The position numbers and the translations under genes are program-made. Below are positions 43,049-53,386 of a stretch of DNA of 64,000 nt, piece after piece. Every line of letters begins with the position of its first letter. The stretch's first letter is position 1. Location of the stretch: positions 64,620-128,619 of the forward strand of contig QUAH01000009.1 of NCBI GenBank assembly GCA_003426165.1. The letters are read 5' to 3'. The DNA comes from Candidatus Saccharicenans subterraneus. Its GTDB lineage: Bacteria; Acidobacteriota; Aminicenantia; Aminicenantales; Saccharicenantaceae. The notes under the pieces are model-generated. The model had not been told where the DNA came from. It made no database searches and worked only from the letters and a program-made list of their open reading frames with translations.

Positions 43049-43798
43049 TTGAAATTAAAATCTTTACTGTCCAGGTGTTCGGGATTTCACCATAATTTCA
43101 GGCGCATCGAAGAATGCTCCACTCTGCTGAGGTGGCTGGACCCAAAGCCGGGTGAAAAAATACTCGATGTGGGCTGCGGGGACGGCTTTTATACAGAGAA
43201 GATTGCCAGAAGGGGAGCGGAGACCACTGGAATAGATATCCGCAAAAAAGCCTTGGCCAGGGCCCGCAACCGATGCTCCAGCCTGAAACTTCGTTTTATA
43301 GAAATGAACGCCGAGGAACTTGACTTCCCGGAAAACTATTTTGACAAGGTTATAAGCTTCTGCGTTATCGAGCATTTACAGGATGATGAAAAGACCCTGC
43401 GGCAGATAGCCAGGCTCTTGAAACCCGGGGGCAGGTTGTTTCTCTCGGCCGATAGCCTGTCCAATCCCGGTCTGCGAGCAGAGGAGAAGGAAAGGCACCG
43501 CAGGCGTTACCACGTGAATCAATTTTATAACCTGGAAGTGGTTTCCAGTAAGTTGCAGCAAGCCGGCCTGAAGCTGGAGCGCTCCCGGTTCGTTCTTTCA
43601 AGTCGGCTGGCCCTGGCCCTGGCCCGTTTTTCCTGGAAACTCGATGACCTGCCGCCGATTCTGCTTCCACTGCGCTTCATCGGGTATCTGTTACTTGGAA
43701 CGGTGGGTTTGCTCGCCCTGCGCCTGTTCGAACCCCCGCCGGAGAAAAGGAAACACGGACTGACGCTGCTGGTAGAAGCCTCCAAACCACAACGGTGA
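43049..43798 (+). CDS. class I SAM-dependent methyltransferase
   Basis: Motif I ILDVGCGDGFY, post I (TGIDI) and motif II (KVISFCVIEHL). Probable TTG start with GGGAG RBS. Confidence 0.8.
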   Translation: MKLKSLLSRCSGFHHNFRRIEECSTLLRWLDPKPGEKILDVGCGDGFYTEKIARRGAETTGIDIRKKALARARNRCSSLKLRFIEMNAEELDFPENYFDKVISFCVIEHLQDDEKTLRQIARLLKPGGRLFLSADSLSNPGLRAEEKERHRRRYHVNQFYNLEVVSSKLQQAGLKLERSRFVLSSRLALALARFSWKLDDLPPILLPLRFIGYLLLGTVGLLALRLFEPPPEKRKHGLTLLVEASKPQR

Positions 43799-43983
43799 TG
43801 TTAGCAGAGCGGCAATTTTCGCTTTCTTGCACTGAAAGGGCATGAGGCAAACCATCTTAAAGGAGACCGGACGATGATAGAGAAGGGGTCTACACTGCCC
43901 GTTTTCTGTGTTTGGGGATTTCTGGCAAGAATTTTTTGAAATCGTTATGAAAGTATGGAACGCGCCAGCCTGACTTTCTCTAT

Positions 43984-44379
43984 TTATAATGTTTTTTCCT
44001 GGTAAATCTGGATGAGGTTGCCGCAGGTGTCGTCGAAGATGGCCACGATGGCCGTGCCGAAATCCGTCGGCTCGAGGGTAAAATTCACTCCTTTATCTTT
44101 AAGGCGGCTAAATTCTTCATGAACATTATCCACAGCGAAAGCGGCAACGGGAATTCCATCCCTGACCAGAGATTCTTTCAGAGCTTTCATGGCCGGGTAT
44201 TCAGCATTAGGTTCAAGAAGAAGCTCTGGACCTTCCGGGTCTTCGGGTGAGACCACGGTCAACCAGCGTGCTTCGCCAAGGGGAATGTCCTTTTTGAGAA
44301 TGAAGCCCAGTTTTCCTGTGTAGAACCGCAGAGCCTTGTCCTGGTTCGCCACCGGGATGCTGAGAAGCCTGATTTTCAT
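43984..44379 (-). CDS. VOC family (glyoxalase/bleomycin-resistance fold) protein
   Basis: 131 aa with a single VOC domain (IPVANQDKALRFYTGKLGF...). Confidence 0.75.
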   Translation of the reverse strand: MKIRLLSIPVANQDKALRFYTGKLGFILKKDIPLGEARWLTVVSPEDPEGPELLLEPNAEYPAMKALKESLVRDGIPVAAFAVDNVHEEFSRLKDKGVNFTLEPTDFGTAIVAIFDDTCGNLIQIYQEKTL

Positions 44380-44645
44380 TTTTATCCTCCAGCTTATGGT
44401 TGCTCGTGATGCGCATTGTTATTAGCTTACTAGTGAATTTAACAGCAAGCAAGAAGTTATTCGCTAAAAAATGCCCGAAAAATTCATTGAACGGGAAAAC
44501 AGATGTTGTCCTTCCGTCAGCAGCTGTGCGGAAGGGTTAAGCACTGAAATGTGGGGTTTTGCTGCCGGTTATATTGGAGAATACAACCCTTCCCGGTTTA
44601 CAGACCGGCTGCAACCGGAACCTTCAGGAATCGGTCACAGCAGGC

Positions 44646-44951
44646 TCAGTTCAGGATTCTCCTGAATAGAGCCGGACCAAGAAAAACGAGCGGGCTGATG
44701 GCCAGCACCGCGGGCAGGAAGGTCTGGTTGACTTTGGTGGCATAGCCAAGACCGAGCGAGCATAGTAGCATTGCCGTCCAGTAGAAAGCCATCTGGACCA
44801 GCGTTTTCCATCCTGAACCGGGTCCAGATTTTTGTTGCTGGCTTATTTTCTGAACCACAGAGGCGAGGAAATCCGGACTGAGCTCCGGCCTGGGCATTCC
44901 AGATAGACTCTTTTTCAGGATTAAATCCAGGTATTTCTCGTCTGTTTTCAT
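44646..44951 (-). CDS. putative membrane-anchored anti-sigma factor
   Basis: 101-aa ORF. Overlaps the ECF sigma gene's stop by 4 nt. One C-terminal transmembrane segment. The call is positional. Confidence 0.45.
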   Translation of the reverse strand: MKTDEKYLDLILKKSLSGMPRPELSPDFLASVVQKISQQQKSGPGSGWKTLVQMAFYWTAMLLCSLGLGYATKVNQTFLPAVLAISPLVFLGPALFRRILN

Positions 44952-45544
44952 TGTGTTTTCTCCTTTCCCTTCTCTGGGCGGCCGGTTCCGGTCAGCTTTT
45001 TCTCCAGCAATTTACGCAGTATCTCTCTCGAACGAAACAGGTATGACTTTACAGTCCCTTCAGGAAGTCCGAGCTGCCCTGCTACTTCTTCCAGGGGAGT
45101 GTCGAGCCAGTAATGCAGATAGGTTATCGTTCGGTAAATTTCGGGCAGCTCTTCGATGGCCTGGAGCACCAGAATTCTTCTTTCTTCATCTAAAAGGGTA
45201 TTCAGCGGGTCGCCGGAGTAATCTGCCTGGTCATCTTGCTTATCGTTATAAGATGAGGTCAGAGAGATCCTTATTCTGTTCTGCCTTCTCCAGTCCAGGG
45301 CTGTGTTGTACGCGAGCCGGTAAAGCCAGGTGCTGAAATTACTACGGGAAGAAAATAATTTCATTTTCCTGTAGAGCTTTAGAAAGACTTCCTGACAGAC
45401 TTCCTCGGCGCTGGCCTCGGAGAAAGGGCCGAGCACCGAGCAGACGAGCCTGAAGACCTTTTTCTGATAACGTTCGACTATCTGGCTGAAAGCGGCCTGG
45501 TCCCCGGTTTCCAGAAACCAGGCCACCAGCTTTTCGTCTTCCAC
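44948..45544 (-). CDS. ECF-type RNA polymerase sigma-70 family factor
   Basis: Sigma region 2 (QEVFLKLYRKM, NFSTWLYRLAYN) and region 4 (helix-turn-helix ending GTVKSYLFRSREILRK). Confidence 0.85.
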   Translation of the reverse strand: MEDEKLVAWFLETGDQAAFSQIVERYQKKVFRLVCSVLGPFSEASAEEVCQEVFLKLYRKMKLFSSRSNFSTWLYRLAYNTALDWRRQNRIRISLTSSYNDKQDDQADYSGDPLNTLLDEERRILVLQAIEELPEIYRTITYLHYWLDTPLEEVAGQLGLPEGTVKSYLFRSREILRKLLEKKLTGTGRPEKGKEKTQ

Positions 45545-45567
45545 CTTAGATATCCCGTTTCAGATTT

Positions 45568-45969
45568 TCAGCTCTTTTTCTCTTTTTCCCGCGTGATAAA
45601 ATAAGAAATCGTCACGCCGAGTCCGGTAAAAATAATGACCAGGCCCACCGGCCAGACCACCCTGAGCGCTGGCCACATCCAGAACATCAGGGTCATGCCC
45701 AACCCGATCATGGTCAGGATGATACCTGCGCCGAGAGCATTCCTTGGATTTTCGCGGCCTTTGCCCTCCTCATTGATATAGTAGTCCGGCCACTCAGGAT
45801 AGGGAAGCCCTTTTTCAATGGCAGCCATTCGCTCCCTGTGGATGAGGTCCAGGAGTTTTTGTTTTTTTCTGTGATTAATCCAGATTATGATCAGGGCAAA
45901 AGCGCCCCAGCCAAAAACCCAGAGAATTACGATCAAGGGGTTGCTCCAGCTGAGGGTATTTCCTTCCAT
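45568..45969 (-). CDS. small two-helix membrane protein (hypothetical), first gene of the ECF sigma operon
   Basis: Two predicted transmembrane helices flanking a charged loop. 23-nt gap to the sigma gene. Confidence 0.5.
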   Translation of the reverse strand: MEGNTLSWSNPLIVILWVFGWGAFALIIIWINHRKKQKLLDLIHRERMAAIEKGLPYPEWPDYYINEEGKGRENPRNALGAGIILTMIGLGMTLMFWMWPALRVVWPVGLVIIFTGLGVTISYFITREKEKKS

Positions 45970-46247
45970 TTTCTCCTCCTTTACATGGACAATTTAAATA
46001 TTTTTTTTGATTTCCATCCTTTTGACGCTAACAGAAGAATTTAGGTTGCAGATATGCAATAAATATTAAAAAGAACCTTATATTCTTAGAAAATGTGGGT
46101 AAACGAATTTATAATCTTAAAGACGGGCTGACAGTTTAAGATTCATGTCTGATACTGGAGAAATATTTTCCGCTCTTAAGTAAGATCGAGGAAGGGTTGA
46201 AAAAAAGGAGAATTTTTAGAATTGAGAAAAAAGAAGGTATTCACCAA

Positions 46248-49200
46248 TCATTCGTATTCGGACCAGGATTTGACCTTTAAGTCGCCGATTTTTTTGGCGC
46301 GCAGGGCGGAGACAAAGGCTTCGGCCAGCTGCAGGTTGGTGATGACCGGGATGCCCAGGTCGATGGCCAGGCGGCGCATGCGGTAGTCGGAGTCGAACTC
46401 TATGCGCTTTCCGGTGTGGGGGATGGAAATGAGAAAGGCTATCTTTTTCTCCATCAAGAAGTTTTTTAAATTGGGCTGGCGGGGTTGGTGAATCTTAAAA
46501 AGCCTGATACTTTCAATTCCGTGGCGCTTGAGAAATTTTGAAGTGCCTTCGGTGGCGTAAATGGTCAGCCCGGTTCTGGCCAGGTCTCTGGCTGCGGCGA
46601 TGAATTTTTGCTTGTTTTCTTCTCCACCCAGGCTGAGCAGGATGGATTTTTCCGGCAGCCTGTAGCCTGCGGCCATCATGGCCTTGAGCAGCGCTTCGTG
46701 GGCATCATCACCCAGGCAGGCTACTTCACCGGTTGAAGCCATCTCCACGCCCAGCCTCGGGTCAGCCCCCTTGAGCCGGGAAAAGGAAAACTGAGGTGCC
46801 TTCACCCCGACGTAATTCAGCTCGAATACAGAGCGGCTGTTGCTCACAGGGAGTCCCAGCATGGCTCTGACTGCCAGCTCGATAAACGGAATGCGCGAGA
46901 CCTTGGAGACAAAGGGCAGCGAGCGTGAAGCCCGCAGGTTACATTCTATGACCTTTAGCTCATTGTCCCTGGCCAGGAGCTGCAGGTTGAAGGGGCCGGT
47001 TATCTTCAGGGCCCGGGCAATTTTTTCTCCGATAAGGCGGGCCCGTCTAATTGTTTCAAGGTAGAGTTTTTGCGGCGGGACGACCATGGTGGCGTCACCC
47101 GAATGGACGCCGGCGTTTTCTATATGTTCGATGATGGCTGAAGCTACCACCTTCCCACGGCTGGCCACCGCTTCCAGCTCGATTTCCTTGGCTCCGACTA
47201 TGAACTTGGAAATCACCACCGGGTGCTCGGGGGAAACCAGGGAAGCCCTTTTCAGATACTGCTCCAGATAACTTTCTTCAAACACCAGGCTCATGGCCGC
47301 GCCGCTGAGCACATAAGAAGGCCGGATGATTACCGGGTAGCCAACCTCGGCGCAGAATTTCCGGGCTTCCTCAAGGCTTGTGACTTCTTTCCATGGTGGC
47401 TGGTCTATGCTGAGCTCATCGAGGAGCTTAGAAAATTTGTGACGATCTTCTGCCCGGTCGATGCTTTCGGGCGAAGTGCCCAGAACCCTCACCCCGGCCA
47501 GGTGGAGCTTTAGAGCCAGGTTATTCGGTACCTGGCCTCCCATGGAAATTATGACCCCGGCCGGCTTTTCTTTTTCGTAGATGTCGAGCACCCGCTCCAG
47601 GCTAAGCTCGTCAAAATAAAGCCGGTCGCACATGTCGTAATCGGTGGAGACGGTTTCCGGGTTGTAATTGACCATGATAGTCTTGTAGCCGAGCTGCCGC
47701 AGGCTGAGCACGGTGTTTACGGCGCACCAGTCAAACTCCACCGAAGAGCCAATGCTGTAAGGACCCGAGCCCAGGACCATGATTTTCTTTTTCGATGGCC
47801 GGAAACGAACGTCATCTTCCGAGCCGCAGTAAGTCAGGTATAAGTAATTTGTTTTTGCCGGGTATTCTGCGGCCAGAGTGTCTATCTGTTTAACCGCTGG
47901 CTGTATCTTCAGCTTCTTCCTTTTTTCCCTGACTTCCTGTTCGGTGGCTCCGGTGAAAATGGCTATCTGTTTATCAGAAAATCCTTTTCTCTTAGCTTCA
48001 AGAAGAAGCTCAGCCGGAAGCGAGCTCAAGGAGAGGCTCCTGAGCTGTTTTTCCATCTCCACCAGCCCCCTCATCCTGTGAAGGAACCAGGGGTCGATTT
48101 TCGTCAGGTGAGCCACTTTTTCCACCGACCAGCCTTTCTTGAAAGCTTCGGCTATGCCGAAAATTCTCTCGTCGGTTGGATGGGCCAGCTCTTTTTCCAG
48201 ATTTTTAAAGGAATAGTTTTCATTGCCCACAAAACCGTACATGCCCACCTGGAGCATGCGCAGGGCTTTCTGCAGCGCCTCTTCAAAGCTCCGGCCGATG
48301 GCCATGACCTCGCCCACGGATTTCATCTCCGAGCCAATCTTCCGGGAGACGCGGGCAAATTTTTTGAGGTCCCAGCGCGGGATTTTCACCGTGACGTAAT
48401 CCAGGGCAGGTTCAAAGCAGGCGGTGGTGGCTCGAGTTACCGTGTTCTTGAGGTCAGGCAGCGTGTATCCGAGCATCAGCTTGGCGGCCATGAAGGCCAG
48501 GGGATAGCCGGTGGCCTTGGAAGCTAAGGCTGAGGAGCGTGACAGCCGGGCGTTTATCTCGATGATTCGGTAATCGCCGTTTTTGGGGTTCAAGGCATAC
48601 TGGATGTTACATTCGCCGATGATTTTCAACTGGCGCACGGCCCGGAAGGCAATCTCTCGCAAGCGGTGGTATTCAGTGTTGGTCAAAGTCTGCGATGGTG
48701 CTACCACAATGCTTTCGCCGGTGTGAATGCCCATGGGGTCGATATTTTCCATGTTGCAGATGGCCAGGCAGTTGTCGACTTCATCGCGGATTATTTCGTA
48801 TTCAATTTCCTTCCAGCCTTCCAGGTATTCTTCTACCAGCACCTGGCTGGATTCGGACAGGGCTATCCTCAATTTTTCTTCGAGTTCATCTTTTTTATAG
48901 CAGAGTGAACTTCCTTTACCGCCGAGGGCAAAAGCCGCCCGCAGCATGACCGGCAAACCGATTTTCTCCGCCGCCCGTAGACCTTCCTCAATTGAGGAAA
49001 CCGCGATCCCGTGTGGCGTCTTCAACCCGGCTTCAGCCAGTGCCCGGTTGAACAGACCGCGGTCTTCGGTGATTTCAACAGACTGGAGCGGGGTACCCAG
49101 GACTTCGACCTTATGTTTCTCCAGCAGTCCCTGTTTCCACATGGCCAGCCCGCAGTTAAGTGCTGTCTGCCCGCCGAAGGAAATCATCATGGCTTCCGGC

Positions 49201-49439
49201 TTTTCTTTTTCGATGATTTTTCCAACGAAATAGGGTGTAACCGGCAGAAAATAAACCCGCTCGGCCAGGAATTCGGAAGTCTGGATGGTGGCGATGTTGG
49301 GATTGACCAGAACCACTTCCAGGCCTTCTTCTTTGAGAGCCTTGATGGCCTGGCTTCCGGAGTAATCGAATTCGCCGGCTTCGCCGATCTTGATGGCACC
49401 GCTTCCGAGAAGAAGAACTTTCCTGAGCCTTTTCTTCAT
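46248..49439 (-). CDS. carB: carbamoyl-phosphate synthase large subunit
   Basis: Two ATP-grasp halves, an oligomerisation domain and a C-terminal MGS-like domain. Overlaps the carA stop by 4 nt. Confidence 0.95.
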   Translation of the reverse strand: MKKRLRKVLLLGSGAIKIGEAGEFDYSGSQAIKALKEEGLEVVLVNPNIATIQTSEFLAERVYFLPVTPYFVGKIIEKEKPEAMMISFGGQTALNCGLAMWKQGLLEKHKVEVLGTPLQSVEITEDRGLFNRALAEAGLKTPHGIAVSSIEEGLRAAEKIGLPVMLRAAFALGGKGSSLCYKKDELEEKLRIALSESSQVLVEEYLEGWKEIEYEIIRDEVDNCLAICNMENIDPMGIHTGESIVVAPSQTLTNTEYHRLREIAFRAVRQLKIIGECNIQYALNPKNGDYRIIEINARLSRSSALASKATGYPLAFMAAKLMLGYTLPDLKNTVTRATTACFEPALDYVTVKIPRWDLKKFARVSRKIGSEMKSVGEVMAIGRSFEEALQKALRMLQVGMYGFVGNENYSFKNLEKELAHPTDERIFGIAEAFKKGWSVEKVAHLTKIDPWFLHRMRGLVEMEKQLRSLSLSSLPAELLLEAKRKGFSDKQIAIFTGATEQEVREKRKKLKIQPAVKQIDTLAAEYPAKTNYLYLTYCGSEDDVRFRPSKKKIMVLGSGPYSIGSSVEFDWCAVNTVLSLRQLGYKTIMVNYNPETVSTDYDMCDRLYFDELSLERVLDIYEKEKPAGVIISMGGQVPNNLALKLHLAGVRVLGTSPESIDRAEDRHKFSKLLDELSIDQPPWKEVTSLEEARKFCAEVGYPVIIRPSYVLSGAAMSLVFEESYLEQYLKRASLVSPEHPVVISKFIVGAKEIELEAVASRGKVVASAIIEHIENAGVHSGDATMVVPPQKLYLETIRRARLIGEKIARALKITGPFNLQLLARDNELKVIECNLRASRSLPFVSKVSRIPFIELAVRAMLGLPVSNSRSVFELNYVGVKAPQFSFSRLKGADPRLGVEMASTGEVACLGDDAHEALLKAMMAAGYRLPEKSILLSLGGEENKQKFIAAARDLARTGLTIYATEGTSKFLKRHGIESIRLFKIHQPRQPNLKNFLMEKKIAFLISIPHTGKRIEFDSDYRMRRLAIDLGIPVITNLQLAEAFVSALRAKKIGDLKVKSWSEYE

Positions 49440-50410
49440 CCGAGCTGCTCCAGAAAGAGGTCAAAGATGAACTCGGTATCGGTCGGTCCCGGGCTGGCTT
49501 CGGGGTGGAACTGAACGCTGAAGACGGGCTTTTTCTTGTGGCGCATCCCTTCATTGGTTCCGTCGTTGGCGTTGGTATACCAGACCGACCACTCAGGGGG
49601 CAGGGTGCGGGTGTCAACCGCGTAGCCGTGGTTCTGACTGGTGAGATAACAGCGCCTGGTGCCCTCTTCCAGGCAGGGCTGGTTCTGGGAACGATGCCCG
49701 AATTTAAGCTTGTAGGTTCTGGCTCCAGCGGCCAGGGCCAGGATTTGATGCCCCAGGCAGATGCCGAGTACCGGCAGGTTTTCCTTAAGCAGAGCTTGGA
49801 CGGTGGTCACGGCCCGGCATTGTTGCGGGTCACCGGGTCCGTTAGAAATAACCAGGCCCTGGGGATTAAAGGCCAGGATTTTTTCGGGTGGAAAATTTTC
49901 AGGAACTCTGACTACTGAAGCTCCCCTGGCCACCAGGGCGCGAATTATTCCACGTTTAACTCCGCAGTCAATCAACACCAGCTTCTTGCGGCCTTCCGGG
50001 TTGTAGATGTGGATGTCGGGTGATGACACCTCGGCCACCAGGTTTCCGGCGTTGGGGTCGGGCAGCGTCCGGGCTTCCTTGATTAGCGGATTTAGCCTTA
50101 GCGGTTTCTCTGAAACCACCAGCAGGCCCGGGATGACTCCATAATGGCGCAGCCTTTTGACCAGGGCGCGGGTGTCTATCCCGTAAAGTCCCGGAATCCG
50201 GTTTTCTTCCAGCCAGCGTTCCACCGATTTTCTGGAAGTATGGTGGGAGGGGCGGTGAGTGAATTCGGAAACCACATAACCCTTGATCCAGGGCCGTCCT
50301 GATTCAAAGTCTTCAGGGTTAACCCCGTAGTTACCGATCAGGGGGTAGGTCTGGACCAGTATCTGTCCATGGTATGATGGGTCGGTGATGGACTCGACGT
50401 AACCGACCAT
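49436..50410 (-). CDS. carA: carbamoyl-phosphate synthase small subunit (glutamine amidotransferase). The intact ORF lacks the conserved N-terminal ~36 residues because of an apparent frameshift just upstream (see findings).
   Basis: GATase catalytic Cys (GICLGHQ) and the CPSase small-chain N-domain are present. The conserved LVLKDGTVFEGRGFGA... N-terminus is encoded in-frame at 50411..50500 with no ATG/GTG/TTG start; the ATG at 50519..50517 sits in a +1 frame. Confidence 0.85.
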   Translation of the reverse strand: MVGYVESITDPSYHGQILVQTYPLIGNYGVNPEDFESGRPWIKGYVVSEFTHRPSHHTSRKSVERWLEENRIPGLYGIDTRALVKRLRHYGVIPGLLVVSEKPLRLNPLIKEARTLPDPNAGNLVAEVSSPDIHIYNPEGRKKLVLIDCGVKRGIIRALVARGASVVRVPENFPPEKILAFNPQGLVISNGPGDPQQCRAVTTVQALLKENLPVLGICLGHQILALAAGARTYKLKFGHRSQNQPCLEEGTRRCYLTSQNHGYAVDTRTLPPEWSVWYTNANDGTNEGMRHKKKPVFSVQFHPEASPGPTDTEFIFDLFLEQLG

Positions 50411-50944
50411 CCCGGTATTAAAAACGACTTCCCCCCAGGTTCTGGCGCAGGCGCCGAATCCTCTGCCCTCAAAGACCGTTCCGTCCTTGAGGACCAGCCC
50501 AGCGTACTTCGTGCTTCATCCTCCAGAAATTTTTCTGACTTTAGCATAATTCCGAGGGCCTGGCAAGACCGGTGGAAAAATTAAAGGACCATTTTGCCGT
50601 GAAATCAGGCACGAAAATTTGTGCGATGTTTAGGTCTTGGAATCTGCTAAATCATATAGTAGCTCTATGTTAATTGATGGGAATGAGGTATCTCAGCGAA
50701 CTGATTGAAGTGATTATAATTACCGGTCCAATATACAAAAAGCCAGACAGGATGAAAGCAAATTTGAGGCACACCGATTTAAAACTTATAAGGCCACTTT
50801 GATTTCCTTAAACAGGAAAAAATTTCTGCCTATTCCGATTCATAGACAGAGATTGTCGGGTTGATATTTATCGAAACGACAATATTTTCCCTGAATATAA
50901 GATTGTTTGAAGGTTGCCTGGGAATCGATGCTGGCGGGCCCTTT

Positions 50945-51883
50945 TCAGTTCTCGAGCACGTAAATCTTTAAGGTCTGAGATTTATCTCCCCCCAGGAAAT
51001 AAATTCTGCCGCTTGTGTCCTGGGCCACCGGGTACCCTGGGGTGGAACTGCCCTTATCTTCTTTCAGGCTGAGTCCCGCAGGTTCGAAACGGTTTCCCTT
51101 TTTCTTGAAAACCATGAATCCATCTTTATCCTTGAACCACAAATCTCCGGTATGAACGAGGAAAACGTTTCTACCAACCCATTCTGTTTCTCCAACCTGG
51201 TTTCCGTTGAGGTCAAAGTATCTGATAAGGCCCGCGCCCGGGAAAGCCTGAAATATTATCTGGTTATCGGGGTCAAATTTTGGAGCAACGGCAAAGTAAT
51301 CCGGATTCTTATCTATGAGTGAGGGGGTGTCTCCGAGCTGTTCTTTAAGGGGTGAAAAGGATTTTATCAGATTCAGGTTGAAATCTAAGAGGTGGAGGGA
51401 ATTCCTGGGGAGCTTGACATCTTTGGCTATCCCGTTGACCAGGATTAAATCATTCGGCTTGAGAATCTGAAAGTGGGTTACCAAATTGAACATTTCACCC
51501 AGGTTGATTTCCCGTATCTTTTGCCCGCTGATTCCGTCAAACCAGACCAGGGGAAGATAAAAATATTTGGGAGTCATCCTTCCCGCCAGCAGGCAGACTG
51601 GATTACCGTTACTATCGATATCAAACCTGGTGATTTCTCCTTCTATTATCTGGGAAGCTTTTAACACAATTTCTCCCGTATGATCCAGCTTCAGGAACGT
51701 GTCCAGGCCCCGCTGGGTTATAAAAATAAATCCATTAGAATCTACAGCAACATAGGCCAGGTACGGTTGGTAGGGCTTCAAAAGGAAGCTCAGGTCAATT
51801 TCTTTCTCCAGCCTGAGATTCTTAGAATAAATAGAGCCAAAAGTTAGTAATAGAATTAAGAGGAAAAGAAAAACTTTTTTCAT
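50945..51883 (-). CDS. secreted hypothetical protein, beta-propeller-like
   Basis: Signal peptide MKKVFLFLLILLLTFGSIYS. Repeated beta-strand-rich segments. No catalytic motif. Confidence 0.55.
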   Translation of the reverse strand: MKKVFLFLLILLLTFGSIYSKNLRLEKEIDLSFLLKPYQPYLAYVAVDSNGFIFITQRGLDTFLKLDHTGEIVLKASQIIEGEITRFDIDSNGNPVCLLAGRMTPKYFYLPLVWFDGISGQKIREINLGEMFNLVTHFQILKPNDLILVNGIAKDVKLPRNSLHLLDFNLNLIKSFSPLKEQLGDTPSLIDKNPDYFAVAPKFDPDNQIIFQAFPGAGLIRYFDLNGNQVGETEWVGRNVFLVHTGDLWFKDKDGFMVFKKKGNRFEPAGLSLKEDKGSSTPGYPVAQDTSGRIYFLGGDKSQTLKIYVLEN

Positions 51884-52374
51884 ATCGAATTACCTCCTTT
51901 TAGCTCATATAACGATAAGAATTATGATCGATTTCAGTATTTACTTTTTCCCAAAATTTCAGCTCCCCTAACGTTCAATCTCAAAAAAATAAATAAAGTC
52001 CAAACGCGATTCTGTCAAGTGCATGAAACATTAAATTAGTTTTTAGCTTGACCCGCAAACAGGGGAAAATGGACAGCAAGCCCAGGAATATTTCCTTTCC
52101 CTGAGGGGAATAGGAGGGGGGAAAACCAGAAGGGGTCTTTTTCTTCAATTTATAATTGGCTGGGTGGTTTAGGCTCCTGGCCGGGTCGGCGGGCAGGCCG
52201 CAGTCTGGTGTAAAAAATCTTTATGGTGAGAAAGAATTTTTATATCAGGGCAGGAAGGGAAGCACAGCCCCGTAATCCTGTTTCCCCTTATCCAGATAGA
52301 ACCTGTCGCCGGCTCAGCTCACCCGGGCTGGCACGAAAGTTGCTTTTTCATAGGGTGGAAACAGGGGGTGAGCA

Positions 52375-53247
52375 ATGAAAAAAGTAATTGGCATCCTCCA
52401 GGGGAAAAGGGAAACCGGGAACGGAGGCTTCAATAAGCAGCCGCCGCAAGAATCGCCAGTGGCCGAAGCCCGGCTTGAGGTCAAAAGAAAAGCTAACCTG
52501 GAAAAGCTCTCCCGCCCGGAGGTTTTCAGGGATTCCTTCGTCATACTCAGGAAGAATTTCAAGCTGATTGTTCTGGCCGTGGCCATTTCTGGCTTGATCC
52601 ACCTGATGGCCGGAGCCCTGCTTATCGGAGTTCCCCTGATGAATCCGGGAACTCTTCCTCCAGTTCAGGTCTACAGCGCTTTCCTGGCTCCGATGCCATC
52701 GCCCACTCCGCCACCCGCTCCACCCAAGGGAAGCCCGAGAGGTTCCGGCAAGAAGGCGCCGGTCATGACCAGGCCCTCCGCGGCCCCCGGCGTGCTGGTA
52801 GCCCCGGTTGATATTCCTGAAGAAATCCCCGAGGAAGGGATCGTTGGACAGGGCGATAGGTTCGGCGTTTCCTGGGGTGTGGATTATGGTGAAGATCAGC
52901 CCGTTTGGGGAAAGGAACTGGAGAAATTGATAACCCCGGTCGGAGAGGAAGAAGAGAAACCTGTTGTGGCAGGAGGTGAAATCAAACCGCCTCGCCTCAT
53001 TCGTCGGGTTGAGCCTGTTTATCCCGAGATAGCCCGCCTGGCCAGGAAGGAAGGCGTGGTTATCCTCGAAGCCACCACCGATGTCTACGGGCGGGTGGTG
53101 AACGTTCGCGTCCTGCGCTCGGAGCCGTTCCTGGATGATGCGGCCATCGAAGCGGTCAGGCAGTGGGTCTACGAGCCGATGATCATCAACGGCCGTCCGC
53201 GCTCGGTGACCTTCACCGTGACCGTCATCTTCCGGCTGCAGAAGTAG
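52375..53247 (+). CDS. energy transducer TonB family protein
   Basis: N-terminal membrane anchor. Pro-rich linker (PSPTPPPAPPKGSP). C-terminal TonB domain (YPEIARLARKEGVVILEATTDVYGRVVNVRVLRSEP). Confidence 0.8.
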   Translation: MKKVIGILQGKRETGNGGFNKQPPQESPVAEARLEVKRKANLEKLSRPEVFRDSFVILRKNFKLIVLAVAISGLIHLMAGALLIGVPLMNPGTLPPVQVYSAFLAPMPSPTPPPAPPKGSPRGSGKKAPVMTRPSAAPGVLVAPVDIPEEIPEEGIVGQGDRFGVSWGVDYGEDQPVWGKELEKLITPVGEEEEKPVVAGGEIKPPRLIRRVEPVYPEIARLARKEGVVILEATTDVYGRVVNVRVLRSEPFLDDAAIEAVRQWVYEPMIINGRPRSVTFTVTVIFRLQK

Positions 53248-53386
53248 AAGCCCTGACCGTTTACTATCAATTTGGTGCCAACACTCCCGAGCTTCTTATT
53301 TTAGAAATTTTTCCAAAAAGTAGTATCCAGCGCGCTGATTTATTTATATTATTACCTTTATTAACTTTCTCGGGAAAGGAGTTTTT

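Noticed and set aside
50338-50547. 69-aa ORF MLKSEKFLEDEARS... overlapping the carA 5' region
   Set aside because: It is in the third frame relative to both the carA body and the ATG-MKHEVRW mini-ORF, and has no homology signal. It arises from the same locus and is best explained by the carA frameshift, not a separate gene.
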